Of a stretch of 64,000 nt of DNA, positions 52,567-64,000 are shown one piece after another. The position numbers and the translations under genes are program-made. Source of the DNA: Eledone cirrhosa (Eukaryota); assembly GCA_964016885.1 (NCBI GenBank), contig OZ024741.1, forward strand, positions 105,586,001 to 105,650,000, given 5' to 3'. The notes beneath the pieces were generated by a model that saw only the letters and a list, made by a program, of their open reading frames with translations, was not told the origin of the DNA and did no database searches. The number at the start of each line of letters is the position of its first letter. Position 1 is the stretch's first letter.

Positions 52567-53213
52567 ACTTGGTTAAATGTACTGTCTGGGCTACCATTTC
52601 TGAGGAAGAGTTGATTGGCCCATTCTTGTTGGGAGAAAATGGTGTCACTGCTACAGTCACAAAGGAACACTATGCGGAGGTCCCCTAAGAATTCAGAAAG
52701 GAGCTACAGACCATTTACCCATCTCTAATGAATAAGTTCTGATTTCAGCAAGATGGAGTAAATCCTCAACACCTCCAATGTGTCATGAGAATGACGGAAA
52801 AATAAGTTTTGAAATTGTGTAATCAGTTTGAAGAATGATTTTGAGTAGGCCCTCACACTACTATGATTTAAGCACCCTAGATTTCTTTCTTTGGGGCAAT
52901 CTGAAAATAGGGTATATATAAAAAAACTCAGGACTGAACTAAAGGAAAATATCAGAGAGGATATCAGAGCCATCTTTAGGTCTGTTTATAAAGACATTAT
53001 GCTAAGCTTCACCATGCACTTCAAAAATTGAATGGATTCAAATGGGGATCACTTGGAACATGTGAAGTTAGTGGTGAGAAACATCAGAAGATTGTGAATT
53101 TTTAATGTTATTTTTAATGGTTTGAACTCTATTTAGAGTTGCATCAGTTTTTGTCAAAAAGGGAATAATGTAGACAAAAATAATAATGGGACTATTTTTT
53201 TGTAGTCACCCTG
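52567..53213 (+). mobile_element. Degenerate Tc1/mariner 3' half (rosa/DD41D-like)
   Basis: KCTVW...IGPF, FQQDG, DLSTLD-F..WG motifs; ends ...gtcaccctg-TA. Confidence 0.65.
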
Positions 53214-53665
53214 TATATATTTAGTGGGGGTATGAACGTATTTGTTAGTCTGTTTAGTTCATTTGTTGTATGGTAATGTAGTTGAAGTTGTTGCAAGATG
53301 AAGTTGATGAAGTAAGTGAATGAGTGGTTTGTTGGTCAAGTCCATGACAAGTGAGTGAAGTGTGTCTCAGTGAGTCAAGAGAATTGTTGCTGAGAAGTCT
53401 TGACATGGTTGATGAAACCAGTAGTTGTAGTAACTTGTTGGGGTTGTGTTATTGCCACGGGAAAGACGATTTTTCAGAATCACGTGGTTATGAATATACA
53501 AATGAACAAGACATCTCTAATTTTTATATGTTTTTATTGGTTGCATGATTTACTCTGAAATGTCCAGTAATAATGAACAACAAAAAAAGTTACATGTATA
53601 ATTGTAGTCTGTTGATTATGTTTGTGAATATAGAATCTCAAAGGAGAGAATTTACTAACTTGTGT

Positions 53666-53852
53666 CGGACCTGCTAACCTCTAAAAACCCAAAATGGGAG
53701 TACCACGAGAAATAGTGCCCCAAGATGGGGAAAAATGAGGCAAAATGGGGAGATTTAACATAATGAAAGCTATACCCATTTTTACAAGAGAAGACATCTC
53801 TCACCCACCCCAAAGTGGATGGGGGATCTCCCAGGGAGAGTTGACAGGTTTG
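53666..53852 (-). mobile_element. ~187-bp MITE, copy 1
   Basis: TIRs cggacctgctaacctc / gagagttgacaggtttg; flanks ttgtgt / ctgtgt. Confidence 0.8.
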
Positions 53853-54249
53853 CTGTGTATTTGATGTTGGTAACCAGCCTTGCTGGCACTTAGCCAGCTC
53901 TGCTGCCTAATGAAGGTGTGTGATTCTGTGTGTAGCCACATGGTAACTTATTCAAGTTTGGTAAAACTGGCTGTCTGTTGCAGAGCAAAGATTTAGATTG
54001 TGTTTCCTTGGAGTCAAAGTCTCTTATATTTATAAGGATTTTATGTCCAGAAAACATTTAACAGATGGCCTTTGCAAATGTCTTCTTTTTAGATAATTGG
54101 TGCTGTGAGCCTCCCATAAGGGAAAACTATCATTGTTGATGTCTCTGAGGTTATAGGTCAGAGTGTGTTGATAATGTGACCACTTGAGAACATGGGACCA
54201 GGTTCACTACACACACACACACACATATATATATAACCTAAACAGTGGT

Positions 54250-55370
54250 AGAAAAAGGATTTGAACTATAAAAGGTTAGATGGTTTGTCATGCAGAGGTT
54301 AGACAGGCAGGTTAGATGACTGTGTCTAGCTATATGTTCCATTTTGGTATGGTTTCTACAGCTGGATGCCTTTCTTAGCACCAACCACTTCACAATGTGT
54401 AACATGTTTGTTTTGTCTTGGTACCACCATTACCACCTATCAGGGTGGTATGATATATTACCAACTGTCTAGATCCTGTAGCTTCCTCTATGAGGTCTAA
54501 CATTTTATGGTCTGCTTATACCACTCCACCCCATATTTTCCTAGGTTTTCTTCTTCTACTGGTTCCCTCAACTTTGAGTGTCCTGCACTTTGTTGTGCAG
54601 TTCTCATTCTTCATACACATTACATGGCTTATTAAGGCCAAGAAATGAGGTGATCATGCTCTGATGGATGTGTAATAGTAGTGTGCAAGAATGACAAAAC
54701 ATTAATAGACTGAGAGAAAAACAGGGCATAAGAGGAATCAGCTGCAGTTGACACTGTTTTTTCTCCTGTCAACTGCAGCCGATTCCTCTTATGCCCTGTT
54801 TTTCTCTCAGTCTATTCATGTTTTGTCATTCTTGCACACTACTATTACACATCCATCAGAGCATGATCACCTCATTTCTTTTCAATATTCACAAATTCTC
54901 TGCATTTGATGCCTAGGTCATGATTCCATGCAGCATCATACAATCTGCCATTCACTTGGAGAAAAAAATCCCCTTTGTAGCCAGCAGTGCTAGTAGCTCC
55001 CTGAACATTTTCCAGCTTGTTCTAACCCTGACTACTGTACTTTCCAAATACCAACTTCTGCTACTAATTTGGTCACCCAAGTAACAGAAACTGTCAACTA
55101 TTTCAAGGGAGCCATCAGAGCATTTGATAGAGCATGTTTTATGTGCACTCTTGTTGCTTACTGCTCCTGTACATCTACATTTGAGGTCTTCATTCTGTGT
55201 TAGCCTGCCTGAGATCCCCCTACATCTCTTGTATACTCATAGTTTATATTTAATATACAGTATGGAATTTCTACCAACTCCTTTTCTAGATGCAGAGTAT
55301 GGCCATTTTCCTAATGGGATCAGTGCTTTGTCTTCTATCTTACTTATTAGACATTAGTCTTAGGTAAATT
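54250..55370 (-). mobile_element. Degenerate RTE fragment containing a fold-back inverted duplication (54640-54880)
   Basis: Reverse-strand RTE C-terminal motifs; 114-bp arms with a 13-bp spacer. Confidence 0.8.
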
Positions 55371-55809
55371 CACCACTACCATCATCATCAACAACAACAG
55401 CAGTATCACCACTGCCACCACCACCAACAACTGGAACAATAACAAGAAGAAGGCCACACAAGTGTAATTTCTAAGAATACAGAAAAAGCAGCAATACATA
55501 TCAATAGTGTGTACATGTAGTTTACTTCTGAGGGGAAGAAGTGATTGGTGATTAAGATGAGTTAATTGATGATTCTAGCCAGGACTGATTTAAACCATCT
55601 TGAGTAGTCTTTTCATTTATCAATGGGCTTTTCTCCCCTGGATTTCCCTGGGTCAGAAGTAAGGTAAGGGCAGTTTTGGGGTCAGAATTTCACCTGCAGA
55701 GGCTCTAAGCTATATGAAATTTGAGGCCCCACTCTAAAAAAATATAGGTATTATTTTTTATATTAATGTTAATGATAAAGAATAAATAATATATATATAT
55801 ATATATGGA

Positions 55810-56036
55810 TGGAGGCACATAGCTTAGTGGTTAGAGCATTGGGCTTGCAATCGAAAGGTTGTGGGTTCAATTCTCAGACCGGGTGATATGTTGTTTCCTG
55901 GAGCAAGACACTTTATTTCATATTGCTCCAGTTTACTCAGCTGTAGAAATGAGATGACCAGGCACTGCCCACAACAGGACAACCCGTCTATCCCATGCTA
56001 GCGTGGAAGAACGGACATAAAACGGTGATGATGATA
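55810..56036 (+). mobile_element. Family-2 SINE, short variant
   Basis: tRNA-like head, core and RTE tail with (GAT)n. Confidence 0.85.
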
Positions 56037-56222
56037 AGGAGGATGGCCGATTGAACAGGGATTTTGAGACTAGAAATAGGTAGTAACTTAGCCACTACCA
56101 TACTTACCATACTAGTTGATGCATCGATCTCCATCAACCAATCAACCCTCTGAAACGATCGTAAAACAATGAACAAACTATCTACCTACACCTGACTTCT
56201 CTTTTTATTGTTCTATGCCCAA

Positions 56223-56270
<48 letters not shown>

Positions 56271-56580
56271 GCAATCGAAAGGTTGTGAGTTCAATTCTCA
56301 GACCGGATGATGTGTTGTTTCCTTGAGCAAGACACTTTATTTCACATTGCTCCAGTTTACTCAGCTGTAGAAATGAGATGATAGGGACTGGGGTCCCTAT
56401 CATTCCACTGCAAAGTGGTCGTGGAGGTGCCACGGCAAAAAAAGCACCCAGCACTCACTGTAAATGAGGTTGGTGTTAGGAAGGGCATCCAGCTGTAGAA
56501 ATCAAGCCAGAATCAGTTCCCGTCCCACCCTTGCAAGCAGGGAAAAGCGGACGTAAAATGATGATGATGATGATGATGAT
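56271..56580 (+). mobile_element. Family-2 SINE, 5'-truncated
   Basis: Nearly identical to 39581-39858. Confidence 0.85.
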
Positions 56581-56834
56581 ATATATATAATTTTTGATGA
56601 TTTAGTGTTAAAGAATAAAAACGAATGATAAAATAAAAAATATTTTAAAAAATTAGGCCTCTTATAACTTATAAGTAAGTCCAACACTAGACAGTATGTC
56701 TGAATATGACAACGGGGTGTAATAATTGTCAAGCGATTCAACAATAGTAGGTTCAAAAGCTTTAACAGGACCTCCACTACATCTGTAGGTTTAATGGAGG
56801 GTTGTTGATGCCTTATTGAGTTCATGTGTCTTTA

Positions 56835-57640
56835 TGGCAACAGCAATGACAACAGCCACAATAACAACAACAATAGTATCTACTGGAACAACTCCAATAA
56901 CAACAACAACAATAACAACAGTAACAATAAAAACAATAGGAACAGCAGCGATAACATTAGTAACAACAACAGCAATAGCAGCAACTGGAACAACAGCACC
57001 AATAACAAAGGTGACAATAGCAACAGCAACAACAACAACAACAACACCAATACCAACAACAACACCAATACCAATAATAACAGCCACTGGAAAAACAACA
57101 ATAACAACAATAATAATGCCAACAACAATTACAATAACAACATCTGAGATTATATTTGTAAATTGACATTTTCTTTCTGGAAGAGAAATATTAGAATTCA
57201 GAAGATTAGCCTTAAACCATTTCCTCTATACCACAGCACCACCACCAACACCACCACCCCAGCAGCACTCCCCACCACCACTACAAACACTACCTTTAAC
57301 ACTACCACCACCATATCCACTATCACAGCTCCACTACAACTACCACCACCATTAACACAACCACAACCACCACCACCACACCATCACCACCACCACCACC
57401 ACAACACCACCACCACCACCACCACCACCACCACCACCACCACCACCACAACAACAACAGCACCATCATCAATACCACACCACCACCACCACCACCACCA
57501 CCACCGCCATTGTTATCACCACTATCACACTACCACACCACACCACCACCACCACCACAGCCACGGTCATCACCACTACCATACTACCACACCATCACCA
57601 CCACCACCACCATACAACCTCTACTACATCAACACCACCA
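56835..57640. repeat. (AAC)n and (CAC)n trinucleotide arrays
   Basis: Direct reading. Confidence 0.9.
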
Positions 57641-58006
57641 AATCTTTGAATTCACTGCGATAGCATCATTATGGTCCTCGCAGTTTTAGATGTATTTTCT
57701 ATGTTGATGTGGGTTGGATTGGTTTAGAATGTTCTGAATTATGCCATAAGTGTTAACTAAAACATAATCTCAAACCATACCATTCAAATATAATGCCAAC
57801 ATGGAATACTGGACATAAAAGCACTGATGATGATGTATATATGAAATGTAATGTGTGTGTGTATGTGTGTATGTATCTATGTGTGTATGTATATATGTAT
57901 GTACATATCTATGTATGTGTGTATATATGTTTGTATTTACATATATATGTATATATGTATGTTTGTATTTACATATATATGTATATATGTATGTTTGTAA
58001 TATGTA

Positions 58007-58051
<45 letters not shown>

Positions 58052-58588
58052 ACACCCTCATATGTTAATTTATGCAACACACGTATTTAAACTCAGTGAC
58101 ATTAGCAAGCATGCACTTGCACACACTCACACTTACACACACACACACACCCACACACACACATATATATTCACATACATACACACATACAAATACAACC
58201 ATACATACAGATACACCTCCACACCCTCACACATACATTCACATACAAATACAGCCACGTACACACATATATACACACATATGCACACACACATCCACAC
58301 ACTCAAACATACACAAAGCATGAATAAATACTCATAGCTGCACCACACAGGTTTTTAGATAGGTGTGGTGTATAAATCAGAATGTTTAAAGCTGACATTA
58401 TAAATATCAGCTTTGAGGAATTTTGGTGGGTGTCACTTTAAAACTTAGACTAATATTTAAACTTTATGTAAAAATGGTGTGTTGAAACAGATATTGTCAT
58501 TCTTTGGGAGAAGAGGGGAGCATGCTGCCAATAAAGGCACACACATAATGAATGGATTAGTTGCCAGACTAATAATTATTTCACCACC

Positions 58589-58620
<32 letters not shown>

Positions 58621-58621
58621 C

Positions 58622-58673
<52 letters not shown>

Positions 58674-58682
58674 CCACCACCA

Positions 58683-58817
58683 CTGCTGCAGCCCACGAGT
58701 CACATGTGGCCCGTTTGGCTTTCTGGATGGCATGCCTAATTTCAAAATTGCCTTGAATTTGTTAGTAGAGCAATATATTATGCAGCTCACTGCCTGAAAA
58801 AGGTTGCCCTTTCCTGG
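58683..58817. mobile_element. Possible hAT-type MITE relic
   Basis: gcagcccacgagtcacatgtggccc ... aaaaaggttgccctttcctg resembles hAT/Charlie subterminal and terminal motifs. Confidence 0.35.
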
Positions 58818-58899
58818 TCTAAAGGAAAGGACAGCGTCCATGGCTTTCACTAGCCCTCTCAGATTAAAGAGATCAATGTCATTGATGTTCTGTTTAAAC

Positions 58900-59300
58900 T
58901 ATTGCAGGTTCACTCCATTGTGAAAAACAAGAGCAGGCAGGGAGCTCTAGAGGGCAAATGTTCTTGGCAGGAAGTATTGAGTGTAGTGGTTAGTGTGGAG
59001 CCTTAGGGGTTTTGACACACATAAATGAAGAGTAGAGGAGAGATGAATGTGTTGGTAGTATCTGAATGGGGTTGGAATGAGAGCAGTCAGCTCTGAAGAG
59101 CAGATGCCATTCTAGGAGAGGCTGAGAAAGGAGACAAAAGACTTTATGACAATTAAGTAAGACAAAATGGTGAAATGGATGAGGTAGCAGATAAATAATA
59201 AATGCCTTATCTCTCTCCCCCTCTCTTTCTAATGAAATATTTCGTCTGAAACGTTAATCTTCTCTTCTTCCTCACTGTGAATTAATTTATTCAACTTATT
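58900..59300. mobile_element. Possible ancient PLE relic: minus-strand RT thumb plus inverted pLTR with decayed HHR
   Basis: Minus strand gives YYLSATSS... and SFSQ...ICS-like pieces; plus strand has CTAATGA...GAAACGTT at 59229-59255. Confidence 0.35.
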
Positions 59301-59887
59301 TCCTCTTATCACAAGGCATGGTTGAAACATAGCACTCAGATTGAAGGGTAAAGTCTGTTGCACCCGTTTCCTTTCCCTTTCTTTCGTTTTCTTTCTTTCT
59401 TTTTTTCTTTTTTTTTTGCCATTTATATTGTACAGTTTATATGAATGAAAGGACGTCTTGTTCTGAACCTTTTTCTCATAAATTCATTATCTTGCCAAAC
59501 TGAGTTATCTCCCTTCTAATATCTTCTGTTGTCAACAAACATCTACAAATGAAAAACGAAGGACTGAAATGGTGTCAAGTCATTATTTTAAACCAGTTTC
59601 AGTTAATAAGAGAGAGCTTCTCTGTAGTGGCTCAGCCTGTTAGAAATAATAGTCCAGACTTCCTTAAAACATATCCTCCTATATTAAAACAGAATATATT
59701 TTGGCAAATATAATGTTTTAACTATTAAACAGTTCTATTCTTAATCAGCATGCAAACTTAACTAATATTATGAGCACGCAATGAAATAAATATGTCTCTG
59801 CAGCAAATCAACTGACAAACCAGCTGGCAAATCTCCATCATGCTAGAAATGGCCTTCAGATCTTTTTTTCAAAACATACACTACACA

Positions 59888-60282
59888 TAATAATGGTTTC
59901 TGATTTAGGCACAAGGCCGGTAATTTGGGGGAGGAGAAAGTCGATTAAATCGACCCTAGTATGTTACTGGTACTTTATTTTATCGACCCCGTAAGGATGA
60001 AAAGCAAAGATAACCTCAGCGGGATTTGAATGTAAAGGACTGTAACTCTATGCTGCAAAGCATGGTGCCCGACTCTCTACTGAGTGCACATAATAATTGT
60101 TTCTACGTTAGGCACAAGGCCAGCAATTACCCAGTGTATTACTGGTACTTTATTTTATCGACCCCGTAAGGATGAAAGGCAAAGTTAACCTCGGCGGGAT
60201 TTGAACTCAGAATGGCAAGGGCCGTAACTCTATGCGTCAAAGCATGGCGTCCGACCCTCTACCAATACTGCCAATCCACCGA
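59888..60282 (-). mobile_element. Two tandem family-1 SINEs
   Basis: Same consensus as 5088-5275. Confidence 0.85.
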
Positions 60283-60394
60283 ATAATGAAAGGAAAAAAA
60301 GATAGAGAAAAAAGAAGGAAGAAAAAGAAAAAGAAATTAAGCAATGAAAAAAAGGGCAAGTAGGGACTGCACACCCAACCTGAGAGGTATGATT

Positions 60395-61500
60395 CAACTG
60401 CACCCTGCAGACAAAATGACGAAAGTATTACCAAAGAGAATGGCCAGCAACACCCACTGCATCAGCCACCCTACCTGTTGGAGCTCCTTCCTGCAGTCTT
60501 CTTCATGATTTTGCAGAGGAAAACAGCAGTTCAGGGACTAAAGACACATGAAGTCTTGACAGCAATTGAAGTGAAAAAGAAGAGGTCGGCAGACCTGTCA
60601 ACTCTCCCTGTTCGATGGGGAGATCTTTGAGGTGGGTGAGAGATGTCTTCTCTTGTGAAAATGAGTATAGCTTTTATTAAGGAAAATCTCCCCATTTTGC
60701 CTCATTTCTCCTCGTTTTGGGGCACTTTTTTTCATGGTACTCTCTGTTTGGGTTTTTAGAGGTTGGCAGGTCTGGGTCAATCAAGACCTGGTATTTGGCT
60801 ATCTTCTTCTCTGCATTACAGGCAACAGTACCTGGGTTTGCAGCTGAAGCATCAATGTTGAAGGTGGAGAATGAGTTGCTGCATGTGATATTCCAGATAA
60901 AGGATTTATCTCCCTCATATGGGAAGAGTTATTCCGTCTGGGTGCTTATCATTACACTGGTTGAAGTCAGTTGGCTCCAGTTGTGACAGGAAGTCAGCTG
61001 CATTGGGGCCCATTCCTATTATGTTGTTCAGAGTAGCATGTTGAGGGATCCAATCTGTACTACGGCAATAGGACAATGGGTGTATACTGCACTGAGCCAC
61101 CCCGATATGATTGTACTCATCATCAAGAACAGTACTGGTTGATGAGAAGAGCACTGAATTGAGCCATGCACCAATGCAAGGCAGAATGAAATCAGGTGAG
61201 ATGGTGTTGGTCAATGGAATACTGGGAGTCAGTGAAGTCATTGTTGATCCAATCAGCCATAGCTGACTCCAGTTCCTGGTCCACATCTGGGTCTGTTGTC
61301 TTGCAGAAGACCTAACTGATGTGTGTGTGGCTGTAGATGACTGAGGATAGGTAGGCCAGCAATGCTAGATCAGAAGTAGCTTGGAGGCTGAGACTATCAA
61401 ATTTCATGGGGGATCTCGCCTGTTGTTAGTCAGCACTGTCGAAATAAACATTGCAGATGAGTTCAGCAGTGTTGAATGATGGCATAGTCTCCAGGCTTTC
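60395..61500 (-). mobile_element. Degenerate CRE-clade (RLE) non-LTR retrotransposon 3' region, interrupted by a MITE
   Basis: GAWLNSV...LDDE...HPLSYC...QHATLNNII...LEP...KHPDGITL, then past the MITE FTSIAVKT...LMQWVLLAILFGN, matching the typical CRE GAWL/RH..LN/EP/RPDG/P.AVET/QR.S.A.QRGN series. Confidence 0.65.
60590..60774 (+). mobile_element. MITE copy 2
   Basis: cagacctgtcaactctc ... gaggttggcaggtctg; flanks ggtcgg / ggtcaa. Confidence 0.85.
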
Positions 61501-61609
61501 AAGAGGATTGGAGGGCTGAAAATGTATGCATCATCTTTTAGTGTTGGCCCTTTCGTTACCACATTGAAGACATTGCCTATGATTCCCGAATAATTTTGAA
61601 ACTAATCAA

Positions 61610-62010
61610 TAACATGTACCCTTAACATGATATTGAGGCTGACTCAACATGATATAATAGTCTTTTGAATTACAGGTACAGTCCATCTTGTATTACTCTG
61701 TGAGTCACTGAATACTCCACAGACACAAGTCCCCTAAACTGAAGACTGTGACAAAGTGGTCAACTGAATTACAGGTACAGTCCGTCTTTTTTTATACTGA
61801 CTGAGTATTTAATACAGATGTGTATCCCTTAACATAATTCTCAGGGAGATTTAAAATGACAGATTGGTCATTTGAATTACAGATACAGTAATGAACTGGG
61901 GTTGATTTAATTGACTTTCCCCTTCCCTACAAAATTGCATGCCCCTAACTTAATTCTCAGAAAAATTCAGTGTGACAAGGTTGACCCTTTGAATTACAGC
62001 TACAGTACAC
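61610..62010. repeat. Diverged tandem units containing ttgaattacaggtacag
   Basis: Motif at ~61665, 61765, 61872 and 61990 with cccttaacat elements. Confidence 0.6.
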
Positions 62011-62142
62011 CTGAGATGGGGTGGAAGGTCTTCCAAACAATTTTTCCCTTTATCCAATTTCCCTGGCAGGACTTGGGTTGACCAGAGTTCATAGTAAAGA
62101 CACATTTAACTGTAATAACAACAATTACTCACATATATTTCA

Positions 62143-62336
62143 CAGACCTGTCAACTCTCCCCATCGGACAAGGATATCTCCCACCCACTTTGGGGTGGGT
62201 GGGAGATATCTTCTCTCGTGAAAATGGGTTTAGCTTTCATTATGTAAAATCTCCCCTCTTTGCCTCATTTCTCCCTGTTTTGGGGCACTTTTTTTTATGG
62301 TATTCTCGTTTGGGATTTTAGAAGTTGGCAGGTCTG
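62143..62336 (+). mobile_element. MITE copy 3
   Basis: Same TIRs and internal sequence; flanks atttca / attttt. Confidence 0.85.
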
Positions 62337-62557
62337 ATTTTTCGACATTTAGCTACATATCTTATATTGAAAGAAGACACTCCTGATACGATGATCCCCC
62401 ATTCTAGTTCAGTAGATGAACATTATTATTTACTGGCAGGAGATCTAAGTAATAAACTTGTGACATTTTAAAAATGTTTCTTTGAAGGACAACCTCTAGA
62501 ACATGTCTTAAATATCAGGAGAAATTTAGAAAATATTTTTGGATTATATGTATATTG

Positions 62558-63240
62558 CTTGGTTGTTGTTGTTATTGCTATTGTTACTATTGCTGTTGCT
62601 ACTATTGCTGTTGTTACTGTAGGTGTGGCTGTTGTCACTGTGGTTGTTGTTGTTACTATGGTTGTTGCCACTGCTACTGTGGTTGTTGTTGTTATTGCTA
62701 CTGTTACTATTGTTGTTGTTACTATTGCTGTTGTTGTTACTGTAGGTGTGGCTGTTGTCACTGTGGTTGTTGTTGTTACTATGGTTGTTGCCACTGTTAC
62801 TATGGTTGCTGTTGTTCTTGCTGATAATGAGGAAGAAGTGAAATATGAGGAGGAAGAGGATATATTTAAATGTAATTATGTTAATTAAAGTAAAGCATGC
62901 TAACTGTTGTTTACTTAACATAGAAGCTTCTCTTTTGCCTCCTCTCCTGCTGTCCCTCCTCCTCCTTCTCCCCCTCCTCTCCATCATCATTACTTTCACC
63001 ACCAACACCATCACAACCACCACTACCACCACCACCACTGCAGACACCACTACTACCACCATCACACCCACTGCTGCCACCACCACCACCACCACTGCTG
63101 CCACCACCACTACCACTACCACACCCAGTGCTGCCACCACCACCACTATATACACCACTGCTTCACCCCCCCACTACCACCAACACCACCACCATCACAT
63201 CCACTGCCACCACCACAACCACCACACCCACTGCCACCAC
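62558..63240. repeat. (GTT)n array with a ~120-bp internal duplication, then (CAC)n array
   Basis: Direct reading. Confidence 0.9.
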
Positions 63241-63541
63241 TTCTTGGTTGTTCTGTTCATATTATCTTTACCCATGGCATATATTTGCATATATTTGCAT
63301 AAACATCAATACATGAGAATCTGTGATGGAGTGATAGTTGTTCTGATTTACAGAGCTAAAATATCAGAGGATACACCCTGCAGTGAAGAATATAGACATT
63401 ACCATATATGGTATAAGTCCTAGGGTTATATAATTTCTATTTATTTCTCATTCGATAATGTAGTTTAAGTTATGATATATCTTAAAACTCCAGATTAGAT
63501 AATTTAGTTTAAGTTATGATATATCTTAAAACTCCAAATTA

Positions 63542-63700
63542 TCTATATATCTAAAACAGAGAATGTCTGTCTGTCTGACCCCCTAAAACTCGAGAACCAC
63601 CCAACCGATTGTTTTCAAACTTTACACATGTAATACTTATGGTCCTGTGAGTGTTTTGAGCAAAAAATATTTCAATGCCTTAGGTGATTTAGCGATCTCT
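63542..63700 (+). mobile_element. Probable non-autonomous Helitron 5' end
   Basis: A|TCTATATATCTAAAA..GAATGTCTGTCTGTCTG...AACCGATT...AAACTTTACAC, the common invertebrate Helitron 5' pattern. No 3' CTAG hairpin identified. Confidence 0.5.
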
Positions 63701-64000
63701 ATAATTCTTAGTCTCTATAATTCTTAGTCTTTCTTTTTAGATAGATACATAGACATAACGTTGCGCCCTTATAATATCTGTCTGTATGTCTGGCTGTCTG
63801 TATTACGACATTATGACGCGGTGTGTGTGTATATATATATAGTGTGTAACGTTTTTCGAAATATTTACTTCTGCGTTCACAGATTGATTTTTTTAGTTTC
63901 AGAAGATCCCTTTAAGGGTGAAAGCAGTGATTCTTTGCTTAAACATTCTGCTAGTGTAATATAATTTAACCCATTAGCATTTAAACTGGCCATATCCAGC

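Noticed and set aside
56791-57663. Thr/Asn/His/Pro-rich mucin-like ORFs (also 838-1119 and 62468-63423)
   Set aside because: Trinucleotide microsatellites open in several frames on both strands; no splice or domain support.
63354-63410. Possible small plus-strand exon after gatttacag
   Set aside because: Open in two frames, weak donor (GTATAA), no recognisable product.

Overview
AT-rich, repeat-saturated animal genomic DNA. The SINE families and the very long (TA)n/(CA)n arrays suggest an octopus-type cephalopod (inference). No prokaryotic features are present. The window is mostly mobile elements: young and old RTE-clade LINEs carrying a PHD-like C4HC3 finger after the RT, two copies of a Penelope-like element (PLE; RT + GIY-YIG), R4/Dong, CRE, Tx1/L1 and CR1-type relics, three Tc1/mariner relics, a MITE family with apparent 6-bp TSDs, several tRNA-derived SINE families and many mini/microsatellites. 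One probable host promoter and first coding exon lie on the minus strand at about 46.2-46.8 kb. The most striking signal, invisible in the ORF track, is a set of more than a dozen minimal type-I hammerhead ribozyme (HHR) motifs, intact or decayed, from roughly eight unrelated short repeat families. They include five HHRs packed into nested near-perfect palindromes at 46965-48182 beside the putative promoter, an HHR in each inverted terminal repeat of the PLE, and a U3:A8 compensatory core variant. All structures were paired by eye; none were computed or database-checked.
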